DNA from: an uncultured Gemmatimonadaceae bacterium | GTDB lineage: Bacteria > Gemmatimonadota > Gemmatimonadetes > Gemmatimonadales > Gemmatimonadaceae | Direction of reading: 5' to 3' | Length of the DNA: 64,000 bases | Assembly (NCBI GenBank): GCA_963817955.1 | Contig: CAWFQK010000001.1 | Location: 320,001-384,000, forward strand | Shown here: in pieces, positions 28,141-37,280 of the stretch | How positions within the stretch are numbered: the stretch's first letter is position 1 | Layout: each line of letters starts with the position of its first letter | Position numbers and translations under genes: made by a program | The notes under the pieces: generated by a model | Database searches by the model: none | What the model was told of the DNA's origin: nothing | Seen by the model: the letters and a program-made list of their open reading frames with translations, nothing else

Positions 28141-29049
28141 ATGAACGCTCGCTACCTCACCGCCGACGTCTTCACAGATCAGAGATTCGGGGGCAACCAG
28201 CTCGCGGTCTTTCCAGACGCCCGAGAAATCGCTCCAGAGCTCATGCCACGGATCGCACGAGAGTTCAACTACTCCGAGACGACGTTCGTGCTGCCGCCTG
28301 ACGACCCCAGCCATCTGGCGCGCGTGCGCATCTTCACTCCGGGTGGTGAGCTGCAATTCGCGGGACATCCAACGGTCGGCACGGCGCACGTGCTGGCTGC
28401 AATCGGCGCATTCCCGCTCATCGGCCCCGAGACGAAGATCGTGCTCGAGGAAGGTGTGGGGCCCGTACCCGTTACGGTTCGATCCGAACACGGCCGGCCG
28501 GTGTTCGCCCAGCTCACTGCGGCCATGCTGCCGGAAGTGGGCCCTCCGCCGCCGTCGGCCGCTGATCTGGCAGGGATGCTCTCGTTAGCCAACGCCGAGG
28601 TGCTAGACAGCGAGATGTCACCAGAGTCCGTGTCCTGTGGAACCCCGTTTCTTTTCGTGCCGTTGCGCAATCGCGCCGCGGTTGCGCGCGCGCGCCTGAA
28701 GCTCGATCTGTGGGAATCCCTGCTCGGGAGCTACCTCACGAACCACGTGTTCGTGTTTGCGATGGAGGGCGAGCGGGCCGGTTCGCACGTGCGTGCACGC
28801 ATGTTTGCGCCGGGGATCGGCGTGCCAGAGGATCCTGCCACGGGCAGCGCGTGCGTCGCGCTCGGCGGTTACCTCGCTACACGGGACGCGCGGGCCAACG
28901 GCACACTCCGTTGGATGGTCGAGCAGGGATTCGAGATGGGACGGCCCAGCATTCTCGAAGTCGAAGCAGACAAGCATCAGGGTAAGGTCACGGCAGCGCG
29001 CGTTGGCGGGCAGACACAACTCGTCTGCGACGGCGTGATGTCGCTGTAG
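28141..29049 (+). CDS. PhzF family isomerase
   Basis: DVFT...GGNQLAV, SETTF, FAGHPT, EDPATGSA, QG.EMGRPS. Confidence 0.93.
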   Translation: MNARYLTADVFTDQRFGGNQLAVFPDAREIAPELMPRIAREFNYSETTFVLPPDDPSHLARVRIFTPGGELQFAGHPTVGTAHVLAAIGAFPLIGPETKIVLEEGVGPVPVTVRSEHGRPVFAQLTAAMLPEVGPPPPSAADLAGMLSLANAEVLDSEMSPESVSCGTPFLFVPLRNRAAVARARLKLDLWESLLGSYLTNHVFVFAMEGERAGSHVRARMFAPGIGVPEDPATGSACVALGGYLATRDARANGTLRWMVEQGFEMGRPSILEVEADKHQGKVTAARVGGQTQLVCDGVMSL

Positions 29050-29060
29050 ACGCGACAACA

Positions 29061-29804
29061 ATGACGATCGAGTCGGAGTCCGACCTCCAGGGCATGCGCG
29101 CCGCAGGAAAACTCGTCGCACGCGCGCTCCGTGAGATGCGTTCAGCGGCGCGCGCTGGGATGACGACGGAGCAACTGGATGACATCGGCGCCGCATTCCT
29201 CCGGCGGCATGGCGCGCGATCGGCTCCGCAGCTCACGTACGATTTTCCGGGTTTCAACTGCATCAGCGTGAACGATGAAGTCGTGCACGGCGTGCCGGGC
29301 TCGCGCGTGCTGCGGCCTGGGGACGTCTTGAAGATCGACGTCACCGTGGAGCTCGACGGCTACATCGCCGACGCGGCGATCACGGTGGTGCTGCCGCCCG
29401 TGAGCGCTGAGGCGCGCGATCTGGTGCTGTGCGCCGAAGCAGCTTTCGCCAGGGCACTCCACGTGGCTGAGGTGCAGGTGCGGATCGCGGAACTTGGCCG
29501 CGCGGTGGAGGGCGAAGTGGAGCGTTGGGGCCGTTCCGTCATCTATGACCTGTGCGGCCATGGCGTTGGTCGCGCACTGCACGAGCCGCCCACGGTGCCA
29601 AACTTTTTCAGCCCGTTCACTCCCGGGCGGCTTCAGAATGGGCTCGTGATTGCGCTGGAGCCGATCATCAGCCAGTCACCATCTACCGTCTACGAGGACG
29701 ACGACGGCTGGACCATGCGTACGACGACCGGATGCCTGGCCGCGCATTACGAGCACACAATCATCATCCGCGACTGTCGGCCGGAAATCCTCACCGCCGC
29801 GTAA
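29061..29804 (+). CDS. map: Type I methionine aminopeptidase
   Basis: CISVNDEVVHG, GHGVG..LHE, AAHYEHT. Confidence 0.93.
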   Translation: MTIESESDLQGMRAAGKLVARALREMRSAARAGMTTEQLDDIGAAFLRRHGARSAPQLTYDFPGFNCISVNDEVVHGVPGSRVLRPGDVLKIDVTVELDGYIADAAITVVLPPVSAEARDLVLCAEAAFARALHVAEVQVRIAELGRAVEGEVERWGRSVIYDLCGHGVGRALHEPPTVPNFFSPFTPGRLQNGLVIALEPIISQSPSTVYEDDDGWTMRTTTGCLAAHYEHTIIIRDCRPEILTAA

Positions 29805-29899
29805 TCGTCAGGTCACATCGTTGAGACTGCGGGAAGCTCCGGCGTCGGCTACGAGGCCATGCCGAATTCCGCCGCGGCCAAGAGCTTCCCGTCCCGACC

Positions 29900-30151
29900 T
29901 CAGGACTTGCTCCTTCGGCTGCTGCTTCCGCTGTGGCTGCGCTTGCCGCCCTTTCGAGCCGACGTGTGGCTGGATGCCTTGCCACGGCCGGAACCGGACT
30001 TCTTGCCGCCTTGGTCCTGCTTGTTCACGGTTGCCCAAGCGCGCCGCGCCGCCTCCTTCTCGTTCACACCACGATCCTCGTAGCCCTCTTCGATGTGTTG
30101 CGCCTCGCGTTTCTGTTTGCTCGAGTAAGAGCTCTTGTCGCCTTTTGGCAT
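29900..30151 (-). CDS. Small basic hydrophilic general-stress-type protein
   Basis: MPKGDKSSY..KQKR.A.HIEEGYE.RG...EA.RRAWATVNK; GGGAGG RBS. Confidence 0.8.
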   Translation of the reverse strand: MPKGDKSSYSSKQKREAQHIEEGYEDRGVNEKEAARRAWATVNKQDQGGKKSGSGRGKASSHTSARKGGKRSHSGSSSRRSKS

Positions 30152-30197
30152 ACGACCCTCCCTATACGATGAAGCGTCCGTGATCCGTCAGCCGCTT

Positions 30198-30213
30198 CGC
30201 AGATAGCATGCCT
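30198..30213 (-). promoter_or_regulatory. sigma54-like promoter
   Basis: AGGCATGCTATCTGCG (GG-N10-GC). Confidence 0.45.
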
Positions 30214-30310
30214 TTGGATGCGGGAATGACGACGGCCGGCGAGTGCCATTGACTCCCTCGCGTCACGCGCGGAGTTTCCTCGAACCTTCACGCTGTCGGA
30301 GTTCCTGTCG

Positions 30311-33196
30311 ATGCTCGCACTATCGGCGATTGCCGCACTGATCTTCCAAGCCACCGTTACATCGCCCAACCCTGCCCCGCCCACCGCCGGCGCACGAAAC
30401 CCCGCGTACGCGCCCGATGGGCGTCTCGCCGTAAGTGTCGAGGGCGATCTCTGGGTCATTTCGACCCGAGGCACGTGGAGTCGACTCACCGCCGGCCCGG
30501 CATGGGACCGCGAGCCGACATGGACACCGGACGGATCGGCGATCGTTTACTCATCAGACCGCGCCGGGAGCTTTGCTCTATGGCGGGTATCCGTCACGGC
30601 AAACGGCGTTGCGGGCGACCCGGAGCGCGTAACGACATCGTCACTGCCGGACGGACAACCGGCGGTCGCGAGCGACGGACGCATCATCTTCGTTCGAGGA
30701 CGGCTCGGCGCAGCGGCCCTATGGGTCCGGCAGCCCAACGGTGTGGAATCGCGCCTGACGAGCGACGGCGCGGTGGAGCAGTGGCCCGCGGTGTCGCGTG
30801 ATGGATTACGAGTTGCGTACGTCTCCATGGCCGATGGAACGCGTAAGCTGCACGTCCGCACGCTGAACTCCGGGCGAGATACCGTCGTGCTCACGGATGC
30901 CCGGTTGGAGCATCCCGCGTGGGCGCCAGCGGGTGATCGCCTCTCCTGGACCGCCACGGGCGGGCGCGGGCCGGTGTACGTCACACCGCTGGACGGCCGC
31001 TACGTGAATCTCGTGAGCATGCGTCACGCGGAATCCGCCTGGAGTCCTGATGGCAAAACACTCGCGCTCGCCGACATCCCGGCCACAGATGCCATTCCGC
31101 CAGTCAGCTACAATGGCGATCCGGATCGCACCGGCGATCGCGAGGCGAATTCGCTCGCGATGTCGAACGGACGGTTGTGGACCGTCGACGCACCGACGGC
31201 TCCCGACCAGCAGCTCGTGGTACAAACGGGCAGGCCAGCGGCCAGCGATCGCGCGCGCCACAACGCTGATGCCTTCGATCAATTGTGGGACCGGACGGCG
31301 GCGCTGTACTACGCCACGCCCGACGCCGCCTCTCGACGCGCGCAGTGGGAGATTCTGAAAACTCGCTTCCGCCCGCGCGCGCTTGCCGCGACGAGCGACG
31401 ACGAGCTCAAGTCAGTGCTGCACGACATGTTGCGCGAACATCCGCCCTATCGGCAATCGGCGACCGGTCGCGCCGCTGTCTCGAGCGCCCATCCTGTCGC
31501 CACAGCGGCGGGAGTCGAGATGCTCGCCAAGGGCGGCAACGTCGTCGACGCCGCCGTCGCCGTATCGTTCGCGCTCGGGGTCGTCGAGCCTGACGCGAGC
31601 GGCCCTGGCGGATACGGTCAGCTGTTGGTGTACCAGAAGGGCATGGAGCGGCCGCAGCTCATCGAGTTCATGTCGCGCGTGCCGGAAGACGCAGGGCTCG
31701 CCAATACGTCGCTCCTCCAGAATGGACGGTTATCCGATGGTGGCCCGTCCGTCGTAAACGTGCCCGGCACAGTCGCGGCCATGTACCTGGCCTGGCAGAA
31801 GTTCGGCAGCAAGAAGCTCACGTGGGCCGATTTGCTCCAACCAGCCATCCGCGCGGCGCGCAATGGGTATGTCGTCAGCGAGGGCCTGGCGACGACCCTT
31901 GCCACGGAGCGTGATCAATTCATGAAGTACGAGGGAAGCCGAGCGTTGTTCTTGCGTGGCGGCCGGCCGTTGCACGCCGGCGATACGCTGAAGAATCCGG
32001 ATCTCGCTTCAACGCTCGATGAGATTGCGAGAGGTGGTGCCGACGCGTTCTACAAAGGCGACATCGCCCGGCGAATGGTGAACGATCTGCACGCGCACGG
32101 CAATGCGATGAAGCTCAGCGACATGGCACGGTACTTCGCCGCGGAGCGTGATCCGATCGCCGGGTCGTATCGGGGATACACCTTCTATTCGAGCGCGCCG
32201 CCAGTATCGGGCGGCGCCGAGCTGTCGTCGAAGATGAGCCTCCTCGAGCAGTATCCGAGCCCCAAGCCGTACGCTGAAGACGCCGGAACGCTGCATGCCA
32301 TGATCGCGGCCTGGCAGCTCGTGCCATCCACGCGCAACCGTATCGCCGATCCAAGCCTGTGGCCGGTCAACACCGAGCCATTCACCAACAAGGACACGGC
32401 ACGCAGTCGGTGGCGCTGTTTCAACCCAGACAAGGCACTGAATCCAACCGCACTTCGCGGTGACACGCTGACCTGCGCGCAGGAAGGCAAGAAGACCGCG
32501 AGCATCGAGATGTCGCGCGACCCCGAGTGCAGTGCCCACGGGTACGACGCCAATCAGGCCGCCTCGTGCCGGTCGGCTGGCACGACAGCGTTCGCGATCG
32601 CCGACGCGGATGGCAACGTCGTCGCGGCGACGCAAACCCTCGGTACCTGGGGCGGCAATTTTTACGTGACGCCAGGACTAGGGTTTTTGTATAATGACAA
32701 GCTGATGTCATACGGAACCGATCCGAACGCATATGGCGCGCGTCTGCCTTTCGCGCGCCATGGCAGCACGATCGCGCCGACGATCGTCTTCGAGGGCAGC
32801 GGCCGCTCGCGGCATACCGTCGCGGCGATGGGAGCGGCAGGCAACTCCTGGATCACTTCGGCGGTCTACCAGACGCTCGAATCGATGCTCGATCAGCATC
32901 TCGGCCCGCAAGCCGCGCTCGAGCAGCCACGCTTTCTCATTGGCGGCGGATCCTTCGGCGGTGGGCGAGGCGGCGCCGGCGCGACAACCGCGCCGCAAGG
33001 AGTCACCATCCAAATGGAGGACGGGTTCTCACCCGAAGTCATGAAGCGCCTCCAGGCCCTCGGCTACCGCACGCAGATAGTGTCTCTGCTCGGCGAGTTG
33101 CGCGAGGGTTATGGTGCCGCAGTGAAGATCGAGAACGGTCGCGTTACCGCTGGGGCGGATCCGAGGCGCGCGGGCGCGGCGGGCGCGATTCCCTGA
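30311..33196 (+). CDS. Gamma-glutamyltransferase family protein with N-terminal PD40/TolB-like propeller and tricorn-C1-like segment
   Basis: P.W.PDG repeats; GGNVVDAAVA, VVEPDASGPGG, GTTAFAIAD.DGNVVAATQT, GADPRR. Confidence 0.88.
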   Translation: MLALSAIAALIFQATVTSPNPAPPTAGARNPAYAPDGRLAVSVEGDLWVISTRGTWSRLTAGPAWDREPTWTPDGSAIVYSSDRAGSFALWRVSVTANGVAGDPERVTTSSLPDGQPAVASDGRIIFVRGRLGAAALWVRQPNGVESRLTSDGAVEQWPAVSRDGLRVAYVSMADGTRKLHVRTLNSGRDTVVLTDARLEHPAWAPAGDRLSWTATGGRGPVYVTPLDGRYVNLVSMRHAESAWSPDGKTLALADIPATDAIPPVSYNGDPDRTGDREANSLAMSNGRLWTVDAPTAPDQQLVVQTGRPAASDRARHNADAFDQLWDRTAALYYATPDAASRRAQWEILKTRFRPRALAATSDDELKSVLHDMLREHPPYRQSATGRAAVSSAHPVATAAGVEMLAKGGNVVDAAVAVSFALGVVEPDASGPGGYGQLLVYQKGMERPQLIEFMSRVPEDAGLANTSLLQNGRLSDGGPSVVNVPGTVAAMYLAWQKFGSKKLTWADLLQPAIRAARNGYVVSEGLATTLATERDQFMKYEGSRALFLRGGRPLHAGDTLKNPDLASTLDEIARGGADAFYKGDIARRMVNDLHAHGNAMKLSDMARYFAAERDPIAGSYRGYTFYSSAPPVSGGAELSSKMSLLEQYPSPKPYAEDAGTLHAMIAAWQLVPSTRNRIADPSLWPVNTEPFTNKDTARSRWRCFNPDKALNPTALRGDTLTCAQEGKKTASIEMSRDPECSAHGYDANQAASCRSAGTTAFAIADADGNVVAATQTLGTWGGNFYVTPGLGFLYNDKLMSYGTDPNAYGARLPFARHGSTIAPTIVFEGSGRSRHTVAAMGAAGNSWITSAVYQTLESMLDQHLGPQAALEQPRFLIGGGSFGGGRGGAGATTAPQGVTIQMEDGFSPEVMKRLQALGYRTQIVSLLGELREGYGAAVKIENGRVTAGADPRRAGAAGAIP

Positions 33197-33243
33197 GTTG
33201 TCCTTTGACGCGGACGTCTGAGTCTCACCGAGGTGACGCCCGC

Positions 33244-33259
33244 TGTGATTAACCTCACA
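33244..33259. promoter_or_regulatory. CRP/FNR-family-like binding site
   Basis: Perfect TGTGA-ttaacc-TCACA. Confidence 0.55.
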
Positions 33260-33276
33260 GATCTACAGTTTATGGT

Positions 33277-33292
33277 TGGCCTGCGGCGTGCG
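33277..33292 (+). promoter_or_regulatory. sigma54-like promoter
   Basis: TGGCCTGCGGCGTGCG (GG-N10-GC). Confidence 0.4.
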
Positions 33293-33356
33293 ATGTGCAC
33301 TCAGAGGTATTCGCGCGCGCGCGCGCTCGAAACCGAATCCGCCCCAGGGAGGTCAC

Positions 33357-33986
33357 GTGCGCAGGATCATTCAATGGACGCTGATTCCGGCCGCAATGGT
33401 TGCCGTCGGTTGTAGCAAGGGGCACAGCCGCGCTCCGACGGCCATGGCCGATGATCTGAAGCGTGACCTCCAGCTCGCATCGACAACACAGAATATTCAA
33501 ATCAGCCCGGACGAAGTGGCGCCACAGAGCAAACAAGAACTCGCGGTCCGGCCGAAGCGCGCGCCGAACGGCCACAAAGTGATTCGAACCGAACACCCGA
33601 CGATCAAGGCGTCGGCAAAGCCGGCGGAAGTTGCCGAGATCAAGACCAACGTGCCTCAGGTCGAAGTGATGGCCTCGTCGCCTGCACCTTCCGAGACACC
33701 GACCCCCGATGCTCCACCGATGGCGCGTCCGGCACCAATGCCAACGCAGGGCTCACCAGGCGCGCAGCCCGTTCCCCGCAACGGCGGTGACGGAGGAATC
33801 GGCTCGGTACTTGGCGGCATTTTCGGAGGGGTGATTCGAGGCGGGGTAATGGGCGGTGACGATCATTGCGATCCGCGCGGTGGTCGGCGCGGCGGTCGGC
33901 CGATTGGCGGGGACATCATGGGCGGTATGGGGGGAGTGTACGGGCGCCCTGGCGGTATGGGCGGGCGCTTCCCGATCATTCGGTGA
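33357..33986 (+). CDS. Hypothetical Pro/Gly-rich lipoprotein
   Basis: GGAGG RBS with GTG start; AVGC lipobox; DDLKRDL.LA; IRGG..G.DDHCDP. Confidence 0.75.
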   Translation: MRRIIQWTLIPAAMVAVGCSKGHSRAPTAMADDLKRDLQLASTTQNIQISPDEVAPQSKQELAVRPKRAPNGHKVIRTEHPTIKASAKPAEVAEIKTNVPQVEVMASSPAPSETPTPDAPPMARPAPMPTQGSPGAQPVPRNGGDGGIGSVLGGIFGGVIRGGVMGGDDHCDPRGGRRGGRPIGGDIMGGMGGVYGRPGGMGGRFPIIR

Positions 33987-34114
33987 ACCGGTCCCCACGA
34001 TAGCCTGACCAGGCATCAATGGGGTGGTGCGGCGCTGTCCGGCTTCGGTCGGACAGCGCCGCTTTCGTTACACAAGGGTCCCGCTCTTGCCCACTCTCCG
34101 CGCAGGAGGAACCC

Positions 34115-34585
34115 ATGGCCGCTCACGAAAGCAGTTTCGACCGAGAATGGATTCAGGAGACCGGCGCATCAACCGGCGATGCAAGAGAGAATCAACCCAC
34201 CGATGCCGGCTACACCGCGGAAGACCGCGTCTTCCGATCGCATTTTCAGCGTGTGAACCGGCTGGTTGACATCTCATATGAGCAGATGCGGCCAGCGTAC
34301 GAACTCGGCCGTTCCGCCGCAGCTCAGCAGCAGTTCTCGGGAAGCGCCTTCGACGAGATCGAGAAGGATCTCGAGAATGGGTGGCTCAGCGTGCGGGTCG
34401 GCGACGGCGACTGGGCCTCGGTGAAGGAGTTCGTGCAAGTCGGCTTCGATGCGGCCCGGCAAGGACGCGTAGAAGGTTTGCCCCCCGCAGGCACAACACC
34501 TTCGCACGACCGACCGAGCTTCGCCGATCCACTCGCAGGGAAGATGGATCCGACCGATCCAAGCGCGCCCGAATACACCGTCTGA
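34115..34585 (+). CDS. Hypothetical general-stress-type protein
   Basis: AGGAGG RBS; Y....PAYE.G...F..IE.DLE.GW......W pattern. Confidence 0.7.
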   Translation: MAAHESSFDREWIQETGASTGDARENQPTDAGYTAEDRVFRSHFQRVNRLVDISYEQMRPAYELGRSAAAQQQFSGSAFDEIEKDLENGWLSVRVGDGDWASVKEFVQVGFDAARQGRVEGLPPAGTTPSHDRPSFADPLAGKMDPTDPSAPEYTV

Positions 34586-34609
34586 TTCCGATCACTCCGC
34601 GCCGGCTGA

Positions 34610-35308
34610 TCAGCTCGAGCGGATATACGTGCAGCCAGCCTCTTGCGCGCGGTGCACCGCGTAGACGCCGGTGGGCTGCATGATCACGCCGGGAACCAGA
34701 TTCGCCGCGAGTTCGTCGTACACTGTGCTCGAGATCTGCTTGGTATTCTGTGCGATCGTGCCAGCCATGCCGTGCATCGCGAGATCACAGCCGAGCAGAA
34801 AGTGTCCGTGAGTAGCGAGCCAGGTCAGGGTGGCTTGTGGGCGGTCCGCCGATGACGCAAACGGGTTGCGCGTCGCCCACTTCTTGGTCGAGTAATCCTT
34901 GACCTTCGATTCTTTCCCCAATTCATACTTCGCCCAGATCGTGTCGTTGAACGCCATCGAGATCGCGGCGTGCCGAATTACCACAACGGCTTGCACATCG
35001 CTCGGGGGTACCGCGAGGGCGTCACGCATGCCTCGGAGGTACGATGCTGCCTGCGCAACAGCGATTCCGTCCTCGATTTCTGGAGAGTCGAACACGGCTT
35101 TGTGCTTCGCCGTGAGACGTGAGAACCAGGAGTCATCCCAGTGTGTTGGCGCCGGCGGAGATGCCGGGGCAACCGCAGGACGCGGCGCCGAAGTCTGGCC
35201 GACGGTTGTTGGCGTGGCGCATGCCGTTCCCGCGAGTACAATCGCCGAGGCCGCGACCTGACCAAGGAATTCACGCCGCGGCGTTGGGCGGCTTGAGGGA
35301 GGAGTCAC
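34610..35308 (-). CDS. Tat-exported DsrE-like protein
   Basis: PRREFL; HKAVFDSPE; LGCDLA; PGVI..PTGV.AV..AQEAGC.YI. Confidence 0.75.
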   Translation of the reverse strand: MTPPSSRPTPRREFLGQVAASAIVLAGTACATPTTVGQTSAPRPAVAPASPPAPTHWDDSWFSRLTAKHKAVFDSPEIEDGIAVAQAASYLRGMRDALAVPPSDVQAVVVIRHAAISMAFNDTIWAKYELGKESKVKDYSTKKWATRNPFASSADRPQATLTWLATHGHFLLGCDLAMHGMAGTIAQNTKQISSTVYDELAANLVPGVIMQPTGVYAVHRAQEAGCTYIRSS

Positions 35309-35381
35309 AGATCGAAGGAGTGAGGGGGGGTCTGATCAAGAATACATTTTGGAACACACTTCGCCACCTTGAACCTGCGCC

Positions 35382-36407
35382 GTGTCCAGACAGCCGACTG
35401 CCGTGATGCCCGCCGCTGCACACCACCGTTCCGATGGCGGATTTCGAAATCCTTGGCCCGGAACCGAGCCGCACGGTTTCAAAGACTTCCTCCGTTGGCG
35501 CTTTGGAGAACGCCGGGCGGTGCAGGTGGCGCCGAACCCGCCATTCGGGTCGTTGCCCACCCGATCGCCGACGATCATCGCACCGCGTGCGGTTCGCCGG
35601 TACCAGTCTGCGACGTGGGTGGGACACTCGACGGTGCTGCTGCAGATCGGTGCGCTCAACGTACTCACCGATCCCATCTGGAGTGAGCGCGCATCGCCGG
35701 TCCAGTGGGCTGGTCCGCGGCGCGTGATGCCTCCTGGGGTGGCCTTTGATGCGTTGCCGGAAATAGACGTCGTCCTGCTGTCGCACAACCACTACGATCA
35801 TCTCGACGCGCACACCGTTCGCCGGATCGTGCATCGTTTCTCCAACGCCAGCTGGCTGTGTCCCATGCGCCTCGGGGGTCTTCTGCGATCATTCGGCGTG
35901 AGGCATCCGGTCGAACGCGATTGGTGGGAAACCGTGGAAGCGCCGATGTTCAAGGCCATGTGTACGCCGGCGCAGCACTTCAGCGCGCGCGGACTGGGGG
36001 ATCGGGGCGAAACCCTGTGGTGCGGATGGACAATCGAATCGGACGGCATGCGGGTGTACTTCGCTGGCGACACGGCCCTTCACCCCGAGTTTCCGGCTAT
36101 CGCGTCAGCAGCGGGACCGTTCGATCTGGTCATGCTTCCGATCGGCGCCTACGATCCCCGCTGGTTCATGCAAAGCGTACACATGAGTCCCGAAGACGCA
36201 GTGGTCGCGTATCAGGCGCTTACCAAAGGCACAGGACACGTGCCTCCCTGCCTTGGGCTGCACTGGGGCACCTTTCGTCTCACTGACGAACCGGTGGACG
36301 AGCCGCCGCGACGATTCGCCGACGCCTGGCGCGCGGCCGGGTTGCCGGAGCACGCGAACTGGACGCTCGCACACGGTGAGACACGCCGTTTGTTAGCGAA
36401 CGTGTAA
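35382..36407 (+). CDS. MBL-fold metallo-hydrolase (NAPE-PLD-like)
   Basis: FRNPW, WVGHST, SHNHYDHLD, PAQHFS, FAGDT, HWGTF; start 35382 or 35406. Confidence 0.9.
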   Translation: MSRQPTAVMPAAAHHRSDGGFRNPWPGTEPHGFKDFLRWRFGERRAVQVAPNPPFGSLPTRSPTIIAPRAVRRYQSATWVGHSTVLLQIGALNVLTDPIWSERASPVQWAGPRRVMPPGVAFDALPEIDVVLLSHNHYDHLDAHTVRRIVHRFSNASWLCPMRLGGLLRSFGVRHPVERDWWETVEAPMFKAMCTPAQHFSARGLGDRGETLWCGWTIESDGMRVYFAGDTALHPEFPAIASAAGPFDLVMLPIGAYDPRWFMQSVHMSPEDAVVAYQALTKGTGHVPPCLGLHWGTFRLTDEPVDEPPRRFADAWRAAGLPEHANWTLAHGETRRLLANV

Positions 36408-37280
36408 GCGCCGCCCCACGGCTTGCGCGAACCGCGTGGCCCCGGCATCGGAAAAGTTGAAGAATAGATTCGGTTCGATGAGTTCCAGCTCCATGAGCAG
36501 AAACGCATCGCCCCGAGCGACGCCGTCGATTCGTGCGTACAGTGGCACCTCGGGCAGCGCGCGCAGAACAATCGCCGCTTGATCGAGCAATGTTTGTGGC
36601 GCCGTAATCGCCTCGACGGATCCACCGTGTTCCGCCTGTACACGAAATTCGCCGCTCGACGCGCGCTTGAGCGTCGCATGGCTGAACGCACCGTCGATGA
36701 AGACGAGCGAATACTCCCCGTGCTGTGGCACTTCATCGGCGAACGGCTGTAGAAGGACGTCGGCGATCGACGTCACGCGCTCAACAACGTGCCGGTCGTG
36801 AGCGTCGAGCGGCACACGCAACGCGTGGGTTTCGTACCCACTAGCCGACACCGCGGGTTTCATCACGAACCGCTGCCATCCTTCGGCGAGGGCGATGGAC
36901 TCGACGTCGGCCCCATTCCCCTGCGACACCACCACGGTTGGGATCGTCGCGATTCCCCGCTGCGACAGATCGAGCAGATAGCGTTTGTCGGCGTTCCAGC
37001 GCACCAGCGCGGCAGAATTCATCACGGGAACGCGAGCCGTTTGCAGACGGGCGAGCCACCGCTGAAACTCCCCGGCACGCAGATGATAATCCCAGCAGGA
37101 GCGAATGATGACGGCGTCGTATGTCTCCCATGGGACGTCCTCGCTCGTCCACACCGCGGCGTCGGCAGTAATGCCCTGTTCGGCGAGTGCCGGTACGACG
37201 CTGCGATCGTCCGGTGCGAGCTCGGGCGCGCGGGAGTACGTCGCGAGCGCGACACGGCGAGGCGTGGTCACTGGCGACAC
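36393..37280 (-). CDS. RimK/glutathione-synthetase-like ATP-grasp protein
   Basis: RSCWDY, WNADKRYL, KPAVSA, YARID, MELELIEP. Confidence 0.85.
   Translation of the reverse strand: MSPVTTPRRVALATYSRAPELAPDDRSVVPALAEQGITADAAVWTSEDVPWETYDAVIIRSCWDYHLRAGEFQRWLARLQTARVPVMNSAALVRWNADKRYLLDLSQRGIATIPTVVVSQGNGADVESIALAEGWQRFVMKPAVSASGYETHALRVPLDAHDRHVVERVTSIADVLLQPFADEVPQHGEYSLVFIDGAFSHATLKRASSGEFRVQAEHGGSVEAITAPQTLLDQAAIVLRALPEVPLYARIDGVARGDAFLLMELELIEPNLFFNFSDAGATRFAQAVGRRLHVR

Noticed and set aside
29900..30151. Plasmid or toxin-antitoxin signal
   Set aside because: The sequence is a hydrophilic stress-type protein; no replication or TA genes nearby
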